Of a stretch of DNA of 64,000 nt, positions 25,338 through 37,625 are shown in pieces. A model generated the notes under the pieces. The model ran no database searches. It saw only the letters and a program-made list of their open reading frames with translations, and had not been told where the DNA came from. Both the position numbers and the translations under genes were made by a program. Position 1 is the stretch's first letter. Each line of letters starts with the position of its first letter. The stretch covers positions 25,048,001 to 25,112,000 of the forward strand of contig OX442314.1 of NCBI GenBank assembly GCA_949358305.1, in the 5' to 3' direction. The DNA is from Strigamia acuminata (taxonomy: Eukaryota).

Positions 25338-26186
25338 CTTGCTGATTTTTTTGGGGGGTCCCAATCACCCAAAAAAAAGTTTAATTTTAAATAATCTTCA
25401 GTTATCGACATCTTTTTGTGGGAAATGCAGATGTTTTTCAGATTTCTTTCGGAAATGCATTTTTTTTGGATTTTGCTGTTATTCAGTTTGCTGCACTTAA
25501 CACGACGTTTTCCAGCGGCCCAGGACCACCGATGGGTGGGGAGGGGCCCTAAGCAGCTGTTTATTTTGCTTATATTAAGTCCGGCCCTACTCACTTTGTC
25601 GCAATAGTAACTTTCGCATTTTTTAACAAACGAATGTCGCAGCCTTAAATTTTATATTTATTTTATTTACTAATGACACGTGTCTAGGGCTTATATTCGA
25701 TAATTGCGGCGGAATGCTTTACAACAGCGCTTCCAAGTAGATTTTCTGTGGTTATTACAGTTCTCGGTACAATCGCAAAGTTGGGTCCTCACAAAGCTGT
25801 TCCGTGGCTTAGTAGTGAGGGGTCATGACCATGCAAAGTGTCAAAAATAGAACAAATACATTCAAAAGAATACACTGTACAAAAAATTGACTTTTGATAC
25901 TTCTTTTTTAAAACTGGATGTTCAATTTTTCTCATTTTGATACATTAAGGCATAAAATCAACTTTAAATGGACTGATTTGTGAATAGCATGACTAAAATG
26001 TTTGTTGTGTACACAATATTTTATTTTAATTTTTTTAGAATTAAAATTTTATTATTTACTGATAGATGTACGTGCAAGAACAGTAAAAACTAAAAAAAAT
26101 TAAGTAACTTTTGCTTTATTCTCATTATTCATTTTGGGAACAAAGTAACTCAAAATTAGTTCTGAGTTTAGTACAAGTTGTTCATC

Positions 26187-26388
26187 TCATGTGTTAATCT
26201 TACACTTTGCACACCCATCAGCCGTGCATGGTGGACATATTGGTTTTACAAGATGATAACCATCATCGCACGAAACCTTCGGACATTTAAAAAAACACGC
26301 TGGACAAAAAATTCTAGCTGATGCTAATGAGACTACCAAAATCGAAACGCAAATAATTTGAAGAAGAATCTGCAAATACATATTTATA

Positions 26389-26422
<34 letters not shown>

Positions 26423-26751
26423 ACTACGAAAGCGTGTACGGTTTACGTATGTAATTGAGAGAACAGTATTGTCATGGTTTACTAATTAGTAATTACCCGT
26501 ATTCCTTTTCCTGTGCGTTTAACTAAACTTATATCCGGATTTTTATGGTTAGTGTAGCTTATTTTTATACGCAATTAGAGATCGGATGGCGATTAAATTC
26601 AAACTGATTTTTGGAGCAGATGTAAACCTACTTTGTATGTTGATACCTGGCCAGACTTTAGTCCAGACTCTCTCAATTTATATCATAACCGAGCGTGTTT
26701 CAAACGCCATTTCGACCATAGAAACTGGTTCATGAGAGCACTTAGCTTCAT
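26187..26751 (-). pseudogene. Array locus 6: open exon 2 (26369-26187, 8 Cys) but exon-1 donor mutated GT to CT
   Basis: ILLQIICVSILVVSLASARIFCPACFFKCPKVSCDDGYHLVKPICPPCTADGCAKCKINT*; upstream ATGAAG|ctaagt at 26751-26746 where the paralogue at 28524 has |gtaagt. Confidence 0.7.
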
Positions 26752-27644
26752 TTTGTTTTTTCAGACAAATTTGTTGTAGCAAGTGTGGTTTATTGCGGAA
26801 GTTTGCAATTTCTGCTGCTTTGCATATACTATTTCGTTAGTCTGAGTTCTGATTCGCTGATTGGACAAAAAGGAACACAAACTGTTTAGCGCTGTATGTT
26901 GACGGCTAAGTGAACTAACAGCGTATTTACTGTTTTTTTTTGCAGATTTTTATTATTATTTGTATTATATTATGATTAGGTTGATTATTTTTATTATTAT
27001 TGCTATAAACTATAAATCTCATTAATGCACAATACGCTGCAGTAAGTGTTTTAATTGGTATAAACAAATTAAATAGATTTTTAGGATATAAAGATAATTG
27101 GCAAGATTTTTTATTGATTAACAGAATATTTTGATTATATCGGCACATTAATGTTTAGAAAAAATTTAAAACTGGCCCTAACATCAGTTTTCGGACTCAT
27201 ACAGTAAACCTTGAAAACCAAATCCTTTTAGCGGTTATACATTTAGCTAAAAAAAAACTCATACAGGAAGTATACCATCCAAAGTGTCAAAAACAGAACA
27301 AATACATTCAAAAGAATACACTGTACAAAAAATTGACATTTGATTTTTTTTTTTTTAAACTGGATGTTCAAATTTCCTCATTTTGATACCATAAGGCATA
27401 AAATTAACTTTAAATGAACTGATTTGTAAATAGCATGACTCAAATGTTTGTTGTGTATGCAATATTTTGTTTTAATTTTTTTAGAATTAAAATTTTATTA
27501 TTTACTGATAGATGTACGTGCACAATGTGTATTGAATGCAAGAACAGTAAAAACTAAAAAAAAAATTAAGTAACTTTAGCTTTATTCTCAATATTCATTT
27601 TGTGAACAGAATAACTCAATGTGAAGTTCAGAGTTTGATACAAC

Positions 27645-28524
27645 TTATTGAGTTTTGTCGATCTCACAATGTGAACAGGGACAACAAAGTTTTCCATGAC
27701 ATGGTTGTTTTACAAGGTGATAACCATTATGGCACTCGGGGTCCTCACATATAAATAAACAGTTTGGACAAACTAGAGGTATTGCTAATGAGAGTATCAA
27801 CATCAAAATACAGACTATTTGGCAGAGAATCTGAAAATAAATATATAATATATAAATACATAAATAAATAATTTAACTTCGAAAGCGTAGCTTATTTTTA
27901 TTTGCAATAAGGGGCCGTCCATATATTACGTAACGCTAATTTTTGAACTTTTTGACCCCCTCTCCCCCCCCCCTGTAACAAGGTGGTAACAAATCCATAA
28001 ACCCCCCCCTAGAATATTACGTAACGAAACTAACCACCCCCCCCCCCCAATTTTGATATACGGTACACTAAATATAGATACAATTTTTATTTAATAACGA
28101 CTATTTATACAATTTTATACAAAAATAAAGAATAATAACTCAAATAGCAATTATTTATAAAGTAAAATTTTCAGTTTTTAAAAATATAAAAATTTCAAAA
28201 TTTCGGAATTTCAAAATTTCAAAAAAAAAATAAGTTACGTAACATTATTGCGAACCCCCCCCCCCCATGTTACAACCCGTAACAAAATTCAAAACCCCTC
28301 CCCCCCCCACTTAAGGCGTTACGTAATTTATGGACGGCCCCTAATTGATACGATGGCGATTAAATTCAAATTGATTTCCGGGCATATGGGACACGTAATC
28401 CCGCTTTGTATGTTTATACTTGGCCAGAATTCAGTCAAGGCTCTCTCAATTTACATTATATCCGAGCGTCTTTCAAACGCTATTTTGACCATAGAAACTG
28501 GTTCATGAGAGTACTTACCTTCAT
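27645..28524 (-). CDS. Cys-rich secreted peptide, locus 7, 9-Cys subfamily (exons 28524-28519, 27830-27645)
   Basis: MK|ILCQIVCILMLILSLAIPLVCPNCLFICEDPECHNGYHLVKQPCHGKLCCPCSHCEIDKTQ*; the intron holds a MITE and an LTR element sits 35 nt upstream of the ATG. Confidence 0.8.
27911..28341. mobile_element. PIF/Harbinger (Tourist-like) MITE
   Basis: TIR GGGGCCGTCCATA.ATTACGTAACGC; TAA TSD (27908-27910 and 28342-28344); empty site seen in paralogous introns (~40035, ~41388). Confidence 0.9.
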
Positions 28525-28820
28525 TTTGTTGTTTCAGGCAAATTTGTTGTAAAAAGTGTGAGACGTTGCACGAGCAACTTGTATAAATGAAACACTCCTA
28601 AAACTTGTTAAAACGACGGATGGAGTCGGATTCGGATCGAAGTTTGTTGTAGACTCAAAGAAACGATGTAGACAAGGTTACATTTGAAAAGACAGTGATA
28701 ATTTTATTCAATTTTGAGTATATAAAGCAAAGGGATTAAGATAATCCCCAATTCCAAGAATACATTTAATCCGGGTCACAAGTAAGTTTTCACTTGTGCC
28801 ACGGTGGTCAAAACACTCAA

Positions 28821-31800
28821 CTAAATTATTTCACTTTGGAAACCGCCAGTTTCCACAGTCCCCCCGTCCCGGCGGACTGGAACTTCGGTTTCTACTTCGA
28901 GGTTGCACAGTCTCTGGATGGGTCTTCGAAGCAGAGTTCCATTCGACATCCGAATTTCGCAGGAGCGAATCAAACCGTCTCGTCCTTCCTTCACGGAGGT
29001 GATGCGGCCCAGCTTCCACGTCATTCTCGGTTTGTTCTGGTCTTCGATGATGACAACGTCGCCAACATCAAATTTCGTTTGACTTGTATTTCCACGATGT
29101 TGTCGAAGCTCAATGAGGTATTCTTTGGTCCAACGATCCCAAAACCGACTCAGCAACGTCTGACGATATTTCCACGCTCTCAAAACAATTTCCTTCGATC
29201 CCGTGCCGGTTGAATACTTCTGTAGTGTTGGCAGGAATGATATTCGTCTTCTTATTAAAAAATGAGAAGGGGAAAGGGGTAATTGCTCACTAGGATTATC
29301 ATACACATAGGTTAAAGGCCTCGAATTTACAACGGCCTCAACCTCTGCCAAAATCGTAACAAGTCCTTCGTAGTCAAGCGAGTTTTTCCCGATCGTTTTC
29401 TTCAATGAAAGTTTTACGGAACGCACCATGCGCTCCCAGAAACCGCCCCACCAAGGTGCGGTCTCAACTATGTACTTCCATTTAATTTGTTTCTCCGTAA
29501 CGAATCCCTGAAACTGGTCTTCTGGCAAACTTTTTAAAAATAAATTCAACTCCTTATCTGCTCGTATGAATGTCTTCGCATTATCGGAATATATCGTTTT
29601 AGGGATTCCTCGCCGACAAATAAAACGCTTCATTGCATCTATGAAACGTTCGGTGGACAAACTCGAAACCAACTCAAGGTGGACTGCTCTCGTGACTGCA
29701 CATGTGAACAGCGCAATATACGTTTTTGCCCCTAACTTGGTGTAGAGAGGTCCGGCAAAGTCAATACCACAAATTGCAAAAGGTTCACAAGGTGTAATTC
29801 GATCCACAGGCAGTAAACCCCACTTTTCTTTAGCCAGCCGCCCCTGTACTTTCCTGCACTGCACGCATTTGTTGATCACACTCTTGATGGTTTTTCGCGC
29901 TCGTAATACCCAAAACTGCTCTCGAAAACTGGCTAGTGTGTCGGCCAGTCCACCGTGGAGTAATCTCTCGTGTTCACCACGTATGATTAGTTTGGTAATC
30001 GGGTGCGAATGAGGAAGAATACAGGGCTCTCGAACGTCTCGAGGCACGTCTGCCAGTTGCCATCTGTGGGTTGCTCGAATTATTTCGTTGTCATCTAGAA
30101 TAGGCGCAAGTTTAAATATTAGCGAGGTTTTTTGCAACAGTTTTTTGTTTTTTAATTGTTTAAGTTCATCTCCGAAGTTGGTTTGCTGCAAGTATTTCAC
30201 CCAATATTGTTCACTTAGTTTCAGTTCGTTGTTTGTTAACGGTTCACCATTTCGAGTTTTCGTTTTCAGATTTGTTATGAATCGAAACGTCCAAGCGGTG
30301 GCTCTCTTTAATTTCTTCCAAGTGCTAAATCGAGTGTAATCGATGTCTGGTTCTGCAATTGTTATTAATGTCACTTTTACTTCTTCTTCGTCGTCCTCGA
30401 TGATTGGATTCACGTTCACGTCTTCATTTGGCCATCTCGATTCGTTGTCTGCAAGCCACGCCGGTCCTTTCAACCAAAATGGTTCTTCGGTGAGCTGTTT
30501 TACGTTCACTCCCCTCGTAACCAGGTCGGCTGGATTATCCTTTCCAGGGCAGTGGCGCCAATCGTCTCTCGATGTATTCTCGACAATTTCTCGTACACGA
30601 TTGTACACGAATGTCGCTGGTCGGTTCTTGGTGTCGCGGATCCAGTGCAAAACTATCTTGGAATCGGTCCAAATTGTGAAATCCTCACACCCAAGAGTCG
30701 CTTTCAATGTTGGAATCAGTCTTGTTGCCAGTAGCGCGCCCATCAGTTCCAGCTTTGGTAATGTTAGTTCCTTTACAGGCGCCACTCTACACTTGGAAAT
30801 GATAAAATCAACATTAACAGCATTTGTTCCGTCCAGAACTCGAGTGTAGGCTACTACGCCATACGCTCTCGGACTGGCATCACAGAAGATGTGAATCCTT
30901 TTCCTACAATTTCCTCCCCAATTTAACAATTTGCGCTCTAAATTTAAATTTTCGAGGTAGGGTATCTGAACATACCAATTTTTCCATTTTATCTTCACAT
31001 ATTCTGGAATGACGTCATCCCACCCAACATTTAATTTCCAAAGTTCCTGAAAAACAATTTTGGCAGTTATCACAAAAGGGTTTGCCATTCCCAACGGGTC
31101 AAAAATCATGGCGGTAATTCTTACAATAAATCTCTTGGTGTATTTGGTCAAGTTAATCTCGTTAATCAATGCACTAATGTCTAATCCCAATTTATCTAAC
31201 TCAATATCCCAAACTACCCCCAAAACCTTAGTTTTCTTTTGAAAAACTGTCACGTCACAATCTGGGTCATCTCGTATAATTTTCTCTTGTAATTTCACAT
31301 CATTCGACTTCCATTTGGTTAATTTCATGTTCGCGGCTTGCAAAATCTCACGACTCTCATCATAAATTTGAATTAACTTGTTCGAATTGTCAATACTTGT
31401 TACAAAATCGTCCACATACAAGTCTTCTTTCAGCTTGTCGCATGTGTCCGGGTATTGGTCTTCAAACTTGTCGACGTGTTCTTTTACTGTTGCATTTAGT
31501 AAAAATGGACTGGGTCCTGTCCCAAATGGAACTCGAGTTTGGCGTAATTCAATTAGTTTTACCGACTCTTCACCGTTCCACCCGTCCTCAATCCAATAAA
31601 GTCGTGTGACGTCTCGTTCGTCCGTCTTGAGATGTATTCGATGGAAGGCTTTCTCGATGTCGCCGATTGCGCCGTATTTGCCGGTTCGGAACTTCAAAAC
31701 AATGTTTATTAGATGAGGTAACATATTTGGACCCTTACTCAGACAGTCGTTTAGCGATAAACATCCTTTTGCGTGTGACGACGCGTCATACACAATTCTT

Positions 31801-34100
31801 AGCTTTGTTGTGGCTCGAGTTTCGTCAATTACTGGTCGATGAGGGATATAATACGGGTTGTCTGGTTTCGAGTTCTTCGGAACTTTTTCCAGGATTCCGG
31901 AGGCGAGTTGTTCGTCGATCACTTTTTTATAGTCTAAATATAACTTGGGATTTTTCCGAAAACGGTTAATTAAACTCCACAAACGCTTTTTTGCAACATC
32001 TCGATTGTCGCTCAATTCCTTTCGATCAATCTTCCACGGGAATCCCACTTCGTAATGGTCATCTACCCACTCGATCTGCTCTTTGAATCGTTTCAACGTG
32101 TCCACTTCATCGATTCCCGGTTCCATAGTCTCGTGGCGAATCCCAATCGATTCCAAGTTCCAGAATTTTTCTAAAAGTTCATCTGTATTATCGGCAACTA
32201 AAATCTTGTTTACCCGTACTAAAGACGACACGGTTGTTTCAGTCTCTCCGGTTGAGCCGTGCAACGTCCATCCAAATATGGTTTCGATTGCCATGAGATT
32301 TTCGTCGATGCATTGCTGCTTTCCCGTTGTAACTCTCCAAAAGTTGTCGACGCCAATTAAGATGGAAACGCCGTCGTCCCTGTGAACGCTGTTGTCGTAA
32401 GCCAATTTGATGTTGTATTTCTTCAGTTTTTCCAATACTCGTTCGTCAGGTTTTCCTCGTAATGTCGGAGTTATCCAGGGCGACTCAAGCGCTTTGATCT
32501 CTAAATTGCAATTTCTATTTTCACAGTTATTCAAACTTAACTTCACCTGTTTCCGTTTGGCAATTGTTGGTTCAGTAGATCCGAAAGTCAAGAGGGCGAT
32601 TGACTGCTCACCAATCTTCTCTAGTTGCAGTTCTCTCGACAGTTTTTCAGTTATAAAGCTTCTTTGGGATCCCCCATCCAAGAAGCATTGGACTCTTCTC
32701 TTCTCGTTGTTTCCGTTGGCTTCCAACACGACGACCTGCAGGAACATCACGGTTTCCGTATTTGTTGATTCTTGAACGGCCGAAGTCAAAGTTGTTTCCG
32801 TTTTTTTGTTGTCTTCCTTATCGCACAAGTACGTGTGATGTTTCTGCTCGCATTTCCTACATTTAAATCGGGTATTACATTGACGAGCTTGGTGATTTTC
32901 CTTTAGACATCTGTAGCAGCGACGCGCTTTGAAACACGCTTCTTTCCGCTTCTCGACCGTCAATGGACAGTCCGGACTCTTGTGATCTTCCTTTTCGCAA
33001 AATGTGCATTTGTAAACGATGTTGGAAAGGGCTGAAGCGGAACTGTGATTATTAGATTTGTAATTGGTTTTCTTCACCTCTTCTTTTTTGGTATTCGGGA
33101 CTTCCGTCGATTCTTGCTGTGGTTTACTGGTTTTATCGGCGGCTTCCGTACGTTCGCGCATCGCTACTTCGAATCTAAAAAAGTCCAAAAATTCTTTAAC
33201 AACCCAAGGTGCATCTCCTCGTGGACGTGCAAAATCATGTTGTATGCTGGTTGGCACAGCACGCGCGAGTATTGGGCATAACAATGGGCCAAAGGTTTCC
33301 GTCGGTACTCCGAGGTTTTCGAGGCTTTTAACATGCAGGTCGCAGAAATCATAGAGTCTCCGTAGGGCCGCCACATCTTCTACTCGTTTCACGGATGGCA
33401 TTTCGAGTAGTTTGGCCATGTGTGCACCGACAATTTGTTCCTTCTGCCCAAATCGATTTGTGAGGAGAGAAATGGCAGTGTCGTAATTTAACTCGGTTAC
33501 AGTCAGTCTGCTGATTGCATTCGCTGCAAGACCTTCAACTAACGAGCGTAGGTACACAAATTTGGCTGTTTTGGGCAAAGAAGCGTTATTATGGACACTC
33601 AATTCAAAATCTGACCAGAACCTCGTCCAGGTTTCTGGTGTGCCTTTAAACTTGGCGACCTCGAGCTTCGGCAGTTTCATCACTGCGCATTGTGGTTGGA
33701 CTGGATTTGGGTTTTGCACAGGTGGAACGAAAAGAGGGTTAACTGGTGGTATATTTACGAGTGGTACTTGCGGTGGTTGTTGTGGTGGTGTTTGTTTCAT
33801 TTGCGCGAGTTCTTTCAAGGCGACTTCGAGTGTGATTCGGGCGGCGGTCATCTCGTCTTGTAGTTCTTCCGCTTCGAATTCGTCTTGGTCCACCTCGTTC
33901 ACGTCGGTGATCCCGTCGGCGATTATTGTGTCCAGTTTATCGATTTTCAAACGTTTTGTGATTAGTTGGGCTTGTATGCATAATAATCGTACCTCGTTGA
34001 GGGGATCCTCGGCCATTTCTTTCTTCAATTTCTCAAAAAGCGCACGCACGCTTCTTCTTTGTGTTTCCCTTTGTGCACGACTTCTTGCCAAATCGTCCAT
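28821..34100 (-). CDS. BEL/Pao Gag-Pol polyprotein (~1759 aa from the ATG at 34100)
   Basis: Gag (KLPKLEVAKFKG..W..F), three Cys/His knuckles, aspartic protease (FLDGGSQRSFIT), RT (LRIVYDAS, DIEKAF, VPFG, YVDD), Pao RNase H (HIFCDAS, ELMGALLA, WTDS, NPADLVTRG), integrase (H..LHGG..CVQC, GIDFAGP, SDNA, WWGGFWERMV); no stops. Confidence 0.97.
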   Translation of the reverse strand: MDDLARSRAQRETQRRSVRALFEKLKKEMAEDPLNEVRLLCIQAQLITKRLKIDKLDTIIADGITDVNEVDQDEFEAEELQDEMTAARITLEVALKELAQMKQTPPQQPPQVPLVNIPPVNPLFVPPVQNPNPVQPQCAVMKLPKLEVAKFKGTPETWTRFWSDFELSVHNNASLPKTAKFVYLRSLVEGLAANAISRLTVTELNYDTAISLLTNRFGQKEQIVGAHMAKLLEMPSVKRVEDVAALRRLYDFCDLHVKSLENLGVPTETFGPLLCPILARAVPTSIQHDFARPRGDAPWVVKEFLDFFRFEVAMRERTEAADKTSKPQQESTEVPNTKKEEVKKTNYKSNNHSSASALSNIVYKCTFCEKEDHKSPDCPLTVEKRKEACFKARRCYRCLKENHQARQCNTRFKCRKCEQKHHTYLCDKEDNKKTETTLTSAVQESTNTETVMFLQVVVLEANGNNEKRRVQCFLDGGSQRSFITEKLSRELQLEKIGEQSIALLTFGSTEPTIAKRKQVKLSLNNCENRNCNLEIKALESPWITPTLRGKPDERVLEKLKKYNIKLAYDNSVHRDDGVSILIGVDNFWRVTTGKQQCIDENLMAIETIFGWTLHGSTGETETTVSSLVRVNKILVADNTDELLEKFWNLESIGIRHETMEPGIDEVDTLKRFKEQIEWVDDHYEVGFPWKIDRKELSDNRDVAKKRLWSLINRFRKNPKLYLDYKKVIDEQLASGILEKVPKNSKPDNPYYIPHRPVIDETRATTKLRIVYDASSHAKGCLSLNDCLSKGPNMLPHLINIVLKFRTGKYGAIGDIEKAFHRIHLKTDERDVTRLYWIEDGWNGEESVKLIELRQTRVPFGTGPSPFLLNATVKEHVDKFEDQYPDTCDKLKEDLYVDDFVTSIDNSNKLIQIYDESREILQAANMKLTKWKSNDVKLQEKIIRDDPDCDVTVFQKKTKVLGVVWDIELDKLGLDISALINEINLTKYTKRFIVRITAMIFDPLGMANPFVITAKIVFQELWKLNVGWDDVIPEYVKIKWKNWYVQIPYLENLNLERKLLNWGGNCRKRIHIFCDASPRAYGVVAYTRVLDGTNAVNVDFIISKCRVAPVKELTLPKLELMGALLATRLIPTLKATLGCEDFTIWTDSKIVLHWIRDTKNRPATFVYNRVREIVENTSRDDWRHCPGKDNPADLVTRGVNVKQLTEEPFWLKGPAWLADNESRWPNEDVNVNPIIEDDEEEVKVTLITIAEPDIDYTRFSTWKKLKRATAWTFRFITNLKTKTRNGEPLTNNELKLSEQYWVKYLQQTNFGDELKQLKNKKLLQKTSLIFKLAPILDDNEIIRATHRWQLADVPRDVREPCILPHSHPITKLIIRGEHERLLHGGLADTLASFREQFWVLRARKTIKSVINKCVQCRKVQGRLAKEKWGLLPVDRITPCEPFAICGIDFAGPLYTKLGAKTYIALFTCAVTRAVHLELVSSLSTERFIDAMKRFICRRGIPKTIYSDNAKTFIRADKELNLFLKSLPEDQFQGFVTEKQIKWKYIVETAPWWGGFWERMVRSVKLSLKKTIGKNSLDYEGLVTILAEVEAVVNSRPLTYVYDNPSEQLPLSPSHFLIRRRISFLPTLQKYSTGTGSKEIVLRAWKYRQTLLSRFWDRWTKEYLIELRQHRGNTSQTKFDVGDVVIIEDQNKPRMTWKLGRITSVKEGRDGLIRSCEIRMSNGTLLRRPIQRLCNLEVETEVPVRRDGGTVETGGFQSEII

Positions 34101-34131
34101 TTTCGCGTTCTGGTTCGTTTTCAAAAATGTT

Positions 34132-34149
34132 TCCCGGGTTTCGGCACCA
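34132..34149 (-). promoter_or_regulatory. Primer-binding site complementary to the 3' end of tRNA-Phe
   Basis: TGGTGCCGAAACCCGGGA directly after the 5' LTR is the complement of eukaryotic tRNA-Phe(GAA) ...UCCCGGGUUUCGGCACCA. Confidence 0.9.
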
Positions 34150-34499
34150 TGAGACGTTGCACGAGCAACTTGTATAAATGAAACACTCCTAAAACTTGTT
34201 AAAACGACGGATGGAGTCGGATTCGGATCGAAGTTTGTTGTAGACTCAAAGAAACGATGTAGACAAGGTTACATTTGAAAAGACAGTGATAATTTTATTC
34301 AATTTTGAGTATATAAAGCAAAGGGATTAAGATAATCCCCAATTCCAAGAATACATTTAATCCGGGTCACAAGTAAGTTTTCACTTGTGCCACGGTGGTC
34401 AAAACACTCAACTAAATTATTTCACTTTGGAAACCGCCAGTTTCCACAAAGTGTGGTTCATTGCGGAAGTTTGCAATTTCTGCTGCTTTGCATATACTA

Positions 34500-36138
34500 C
34501 AACTACATTTCAAAAGTTTAGAAAGTGAGTGAAAAATTCACTCACTTTGTGAATAACACCTTAAATATGACTTAAAAGTTAAGCAAAACCAATTTATACC
34601 ATCAGATTTGAATAAAACAATTATTTTTCATCTAAAATAACTTATAGTTACATATATTTAGTTATATAGTTTAGTTACAAATCAAGATTTTCAAAACCTC
34701 ACTTGTTTCAAAAGTTTAGAAAGTTGAAAAAATCATTTCATAAGTTTAGAAAGTGCAACGTAATTCCTTTATTTCGACTTGAAAATAGGACATTTTAATT
34801 TTTTTGTTTAGTTTTTTGTTGGATGATCTCTGCTTCATATGACCGCCTTCAATCTGCGAGGCATTGTAGACACTACAGGAGGGGGCAAAACAATTGCGAC
34901 ATGTTGAATCTCATGGCTATATCTCGAGAAAAAAAGGAGGAAAACCAATGAAATTTTAACTGAATATTTGTCCAACATTCTGCTTTGTTCACCTAAAATT
35001 TTATGACAATCTATCCATTAGTTCTAGAGAAAAAAATTATTTTATGAAGTGACTGCCCTGAAAAAATAGTTCAGTGTTGGTTTGGGGATGCGAAAGGTTG
35101 GAAATCTCCAATCTATCGAAGAAATAATGTATACTAATGTTTATAGAGACAATTTAGAAAGAAATCTTGAGGAATGAACAAATATTGGGGTTGGTTGTAG
35201 CAACAGGATAACAACAAAAAATATACATCAAAATTTGCGTGAGAATATTTCACACCAAAAAAAATTAGACATCTTCAATGGCTTTCTCAGTTATTTGAAA
35301 CTTAATCCAATTGAACAGTTATGAGATGATTTCTTGATTTGAACCAAAAAGTTTCTCTAGAGTTGAGAAAAAAATGTTCCATAGTTGAAATTAGCTTTGC
35401 TTGATGTTTGGGTGTAAAGTATGTCTAAAACAGTGTTACTAAAATTGCTTGAAAGTATGGCTGAATGATTGAAAGCAATAGTACAAGCTACAGGAGGGCC
35501 AACAAAGCATTAAAAGAGATTGTTGTAAGGTTTCGCGATGGTTAACAGAGTTTGTTAACTTACTTTTGCCTCTTAAATTTTGATGTCACTTCATAAAATA
35601 ATTTTTTTCTCTAGAACTAATTGATAGATTGTCATAAAATTTTAGGCGAACAAAGCAGAATGTTGGACCAGTATTCAGTTAAAATTTCATTGGTTTTCCT
35701 CTTTTTATTCTTGAGATGCAGCCATGAGATTCAAATGTCGCGATTGTTAACTTAGCTTTGCCCGATGTTACAATACCTCGCAGATTGAAGGCAGTCATGC
35801 GATCCAGAGGCCATCCAACAAAATGCTAAACAAAATTGCATGTAATGTCCTATTTTCAAGTCGAAATAAAGGAATTGTGTTGCACTTTCTAAACTTATGA
35901 AATGATTTTTTCAACTTTCTAAACTTTTGACACAAGTGATGTTTTGAAAATCTAGATTTGTAACTAAACTATATAACTAAATATATGTAACTATAAGTTA
36001 TTTTAGATGAAAAATAATTGTTTTATTCATATCTGATGGTATAAATTGGTTTTGCTTAACTTTTAAGTCATATTTTTGGTGTTATTCACAAAGTGAGTGA
36101 ATTTTTCACTCACTTTCTAAACTTTTGAAATGTAGTTG
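34500..36138 (+). mobile_element. Tc1-family transposon relic with ~550-bp TIRs and a decayed transposase C-terminus (~35070-35513)
   Basis: CAACTACATTTCAAAAGTTTAGAAAGT... inverted ends; TA TSD confirmed by the paralogous empty site catatacTAtttcgt; remnants SVLVWGC, QQDNNKKYTSK, W.SQ..LNPIEQL*, LLESMAE*LKAIVQATGGPTKH*. Confidence 0.92.
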
Positions 36139-37625
36139 TATTTCGTCACGCTGAGTTCTCATTCGCTGATTGGTCAAAAAGGGAAGCAAACTGTTTATCG
36201 CTGTATGGTGACGGTTAAATGTACTAACAGTGTGTTTACCTGGATTGCTTTTTGACTAAAAAGGTGGTTTTCTTTTGCTGACAAGTATTTTTTGTTGGTA
36301 AACATTTGCCAGTAGTTATATTTTGTTGGTAATTTTATTTTTGTTCTAAAGTGAATTTTTTGAATGAAAATTGGTGTTTGATTTAAAAACAGAAACTGGA
36401 CCCTGCTCGTTTTGGATCTCAGAGCGAGCAAACTGTGGAATACCAGAAACTAAGAGGTGATAATACAGCCTTTTTTCAGTGGTTTCATGATTAAGTGAAA
36501 CATGAAATTATTCACAATTTCAATTGCCAGCATACAGTGAAGATCTAGTTTTTTTTAACACGACTGTAAATGAGACAGATGGTTTTATTCAGTTTGTCTT
36601 GTGGTCAGTGTCTCAAGCCTTTTCCGTGAAGGTGACTTCCGGGACCAGAAACAACTCTTGACATTTGGGAACTCTGTTGTCATGATTAGGCCTAGGATAA
36701 ATGCATAAATGCATAGGAATTAGTTTTATTCGATAAAAAGCCGAAATTGGCTATAAATGTATATTTTCTGAAATTCAGAAATGAATGCATAAATCGCCAT
36801 TTTCCAGGGAAAAAATGGTGATTTGTATCTAATTTTGACGATACGTAACATGTACGTATCAATTTTTGCTTTTTTGTAAGACACGTATCGTGTTGTATAC
36901 GGATGCTTGCGTGTGACCAGCTGCCCTCGCAGGCTGATCGCTCACCTACGATACAAGGCACTTAGTGCAGCTCTCGCGCACCTCGTGTTTCTCGTGTGCA
37001 GTCTGTTGTGGTCCCTCGCAACCAGGTGGAGCTGCAGGTCGTTGGTTCGACCAATCGGGAACCGGAAGTGGTGGGCCCCGCAGAGGCCCAAGAGAGTTCT
37101 CTTCTAGCCAGCAAGGCGAACGGTCGCTTCTGTGATTGCTTCTCTAAACTGACTATGATAGGGACCCAATCAAGCGGCGTGGCGACTCTGTCGCCGACAG
37201 GGACCTGAGAGTCCATGAAGCCTCGTTCGTCTTATATTCTTATGGACGTTGCGACGACGCGGCCGAAGAAGCAATCCGACCACGGGTGTTATGCGGCCAA
37301 TGGCCACCGTGCTATGCGGTCTTGTTAGGGATGGCTGTAACCCAGCCATCGCATTGGGAAATACACCTGAGACACCAATCATACCTTTATACAACAATAA
37401 AGATATAATATTAATAACTGCCGCTGTATGGGGTCCTTCTCCTTTGAGAACGGCGAGAATCTGTAAATTCACTCCTGGCTCATGGGTTCCTCCTCACATG
37501 CGTGAAGAATTTTATTATTTACTGAGATTCATGTGCAGTTTATGTAAATGTAGGAACAGTAAAACGATAAAAACATTAAGTAACTTCTGCTTTATTCTCT
37601 GTATTCATTTTTTGAACAGAATAAC

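Larger units (their letters stand above)
28559..34448 (-). mobile_element. Full-length BEL/Pao LTR retrotransposon
   Basis: Two 299-bp TG...CA LTRs (28559-28857 and 34150-34448), identical by eye; 5-bp TSD AAGTG; PBS at 34132-34149; purine tract GGGACGGGGGGAC before the 3' LTR; single gag-pol ORF. Confidence 0.97.

Noticed and set aside
28794..34152. Many + strand ORFs (e.g. 30343-30849, 33562-34152) overlapping the retrotransposon
   Set aside because: Antisense shadows of the gag-pol frame with no independent motifs.
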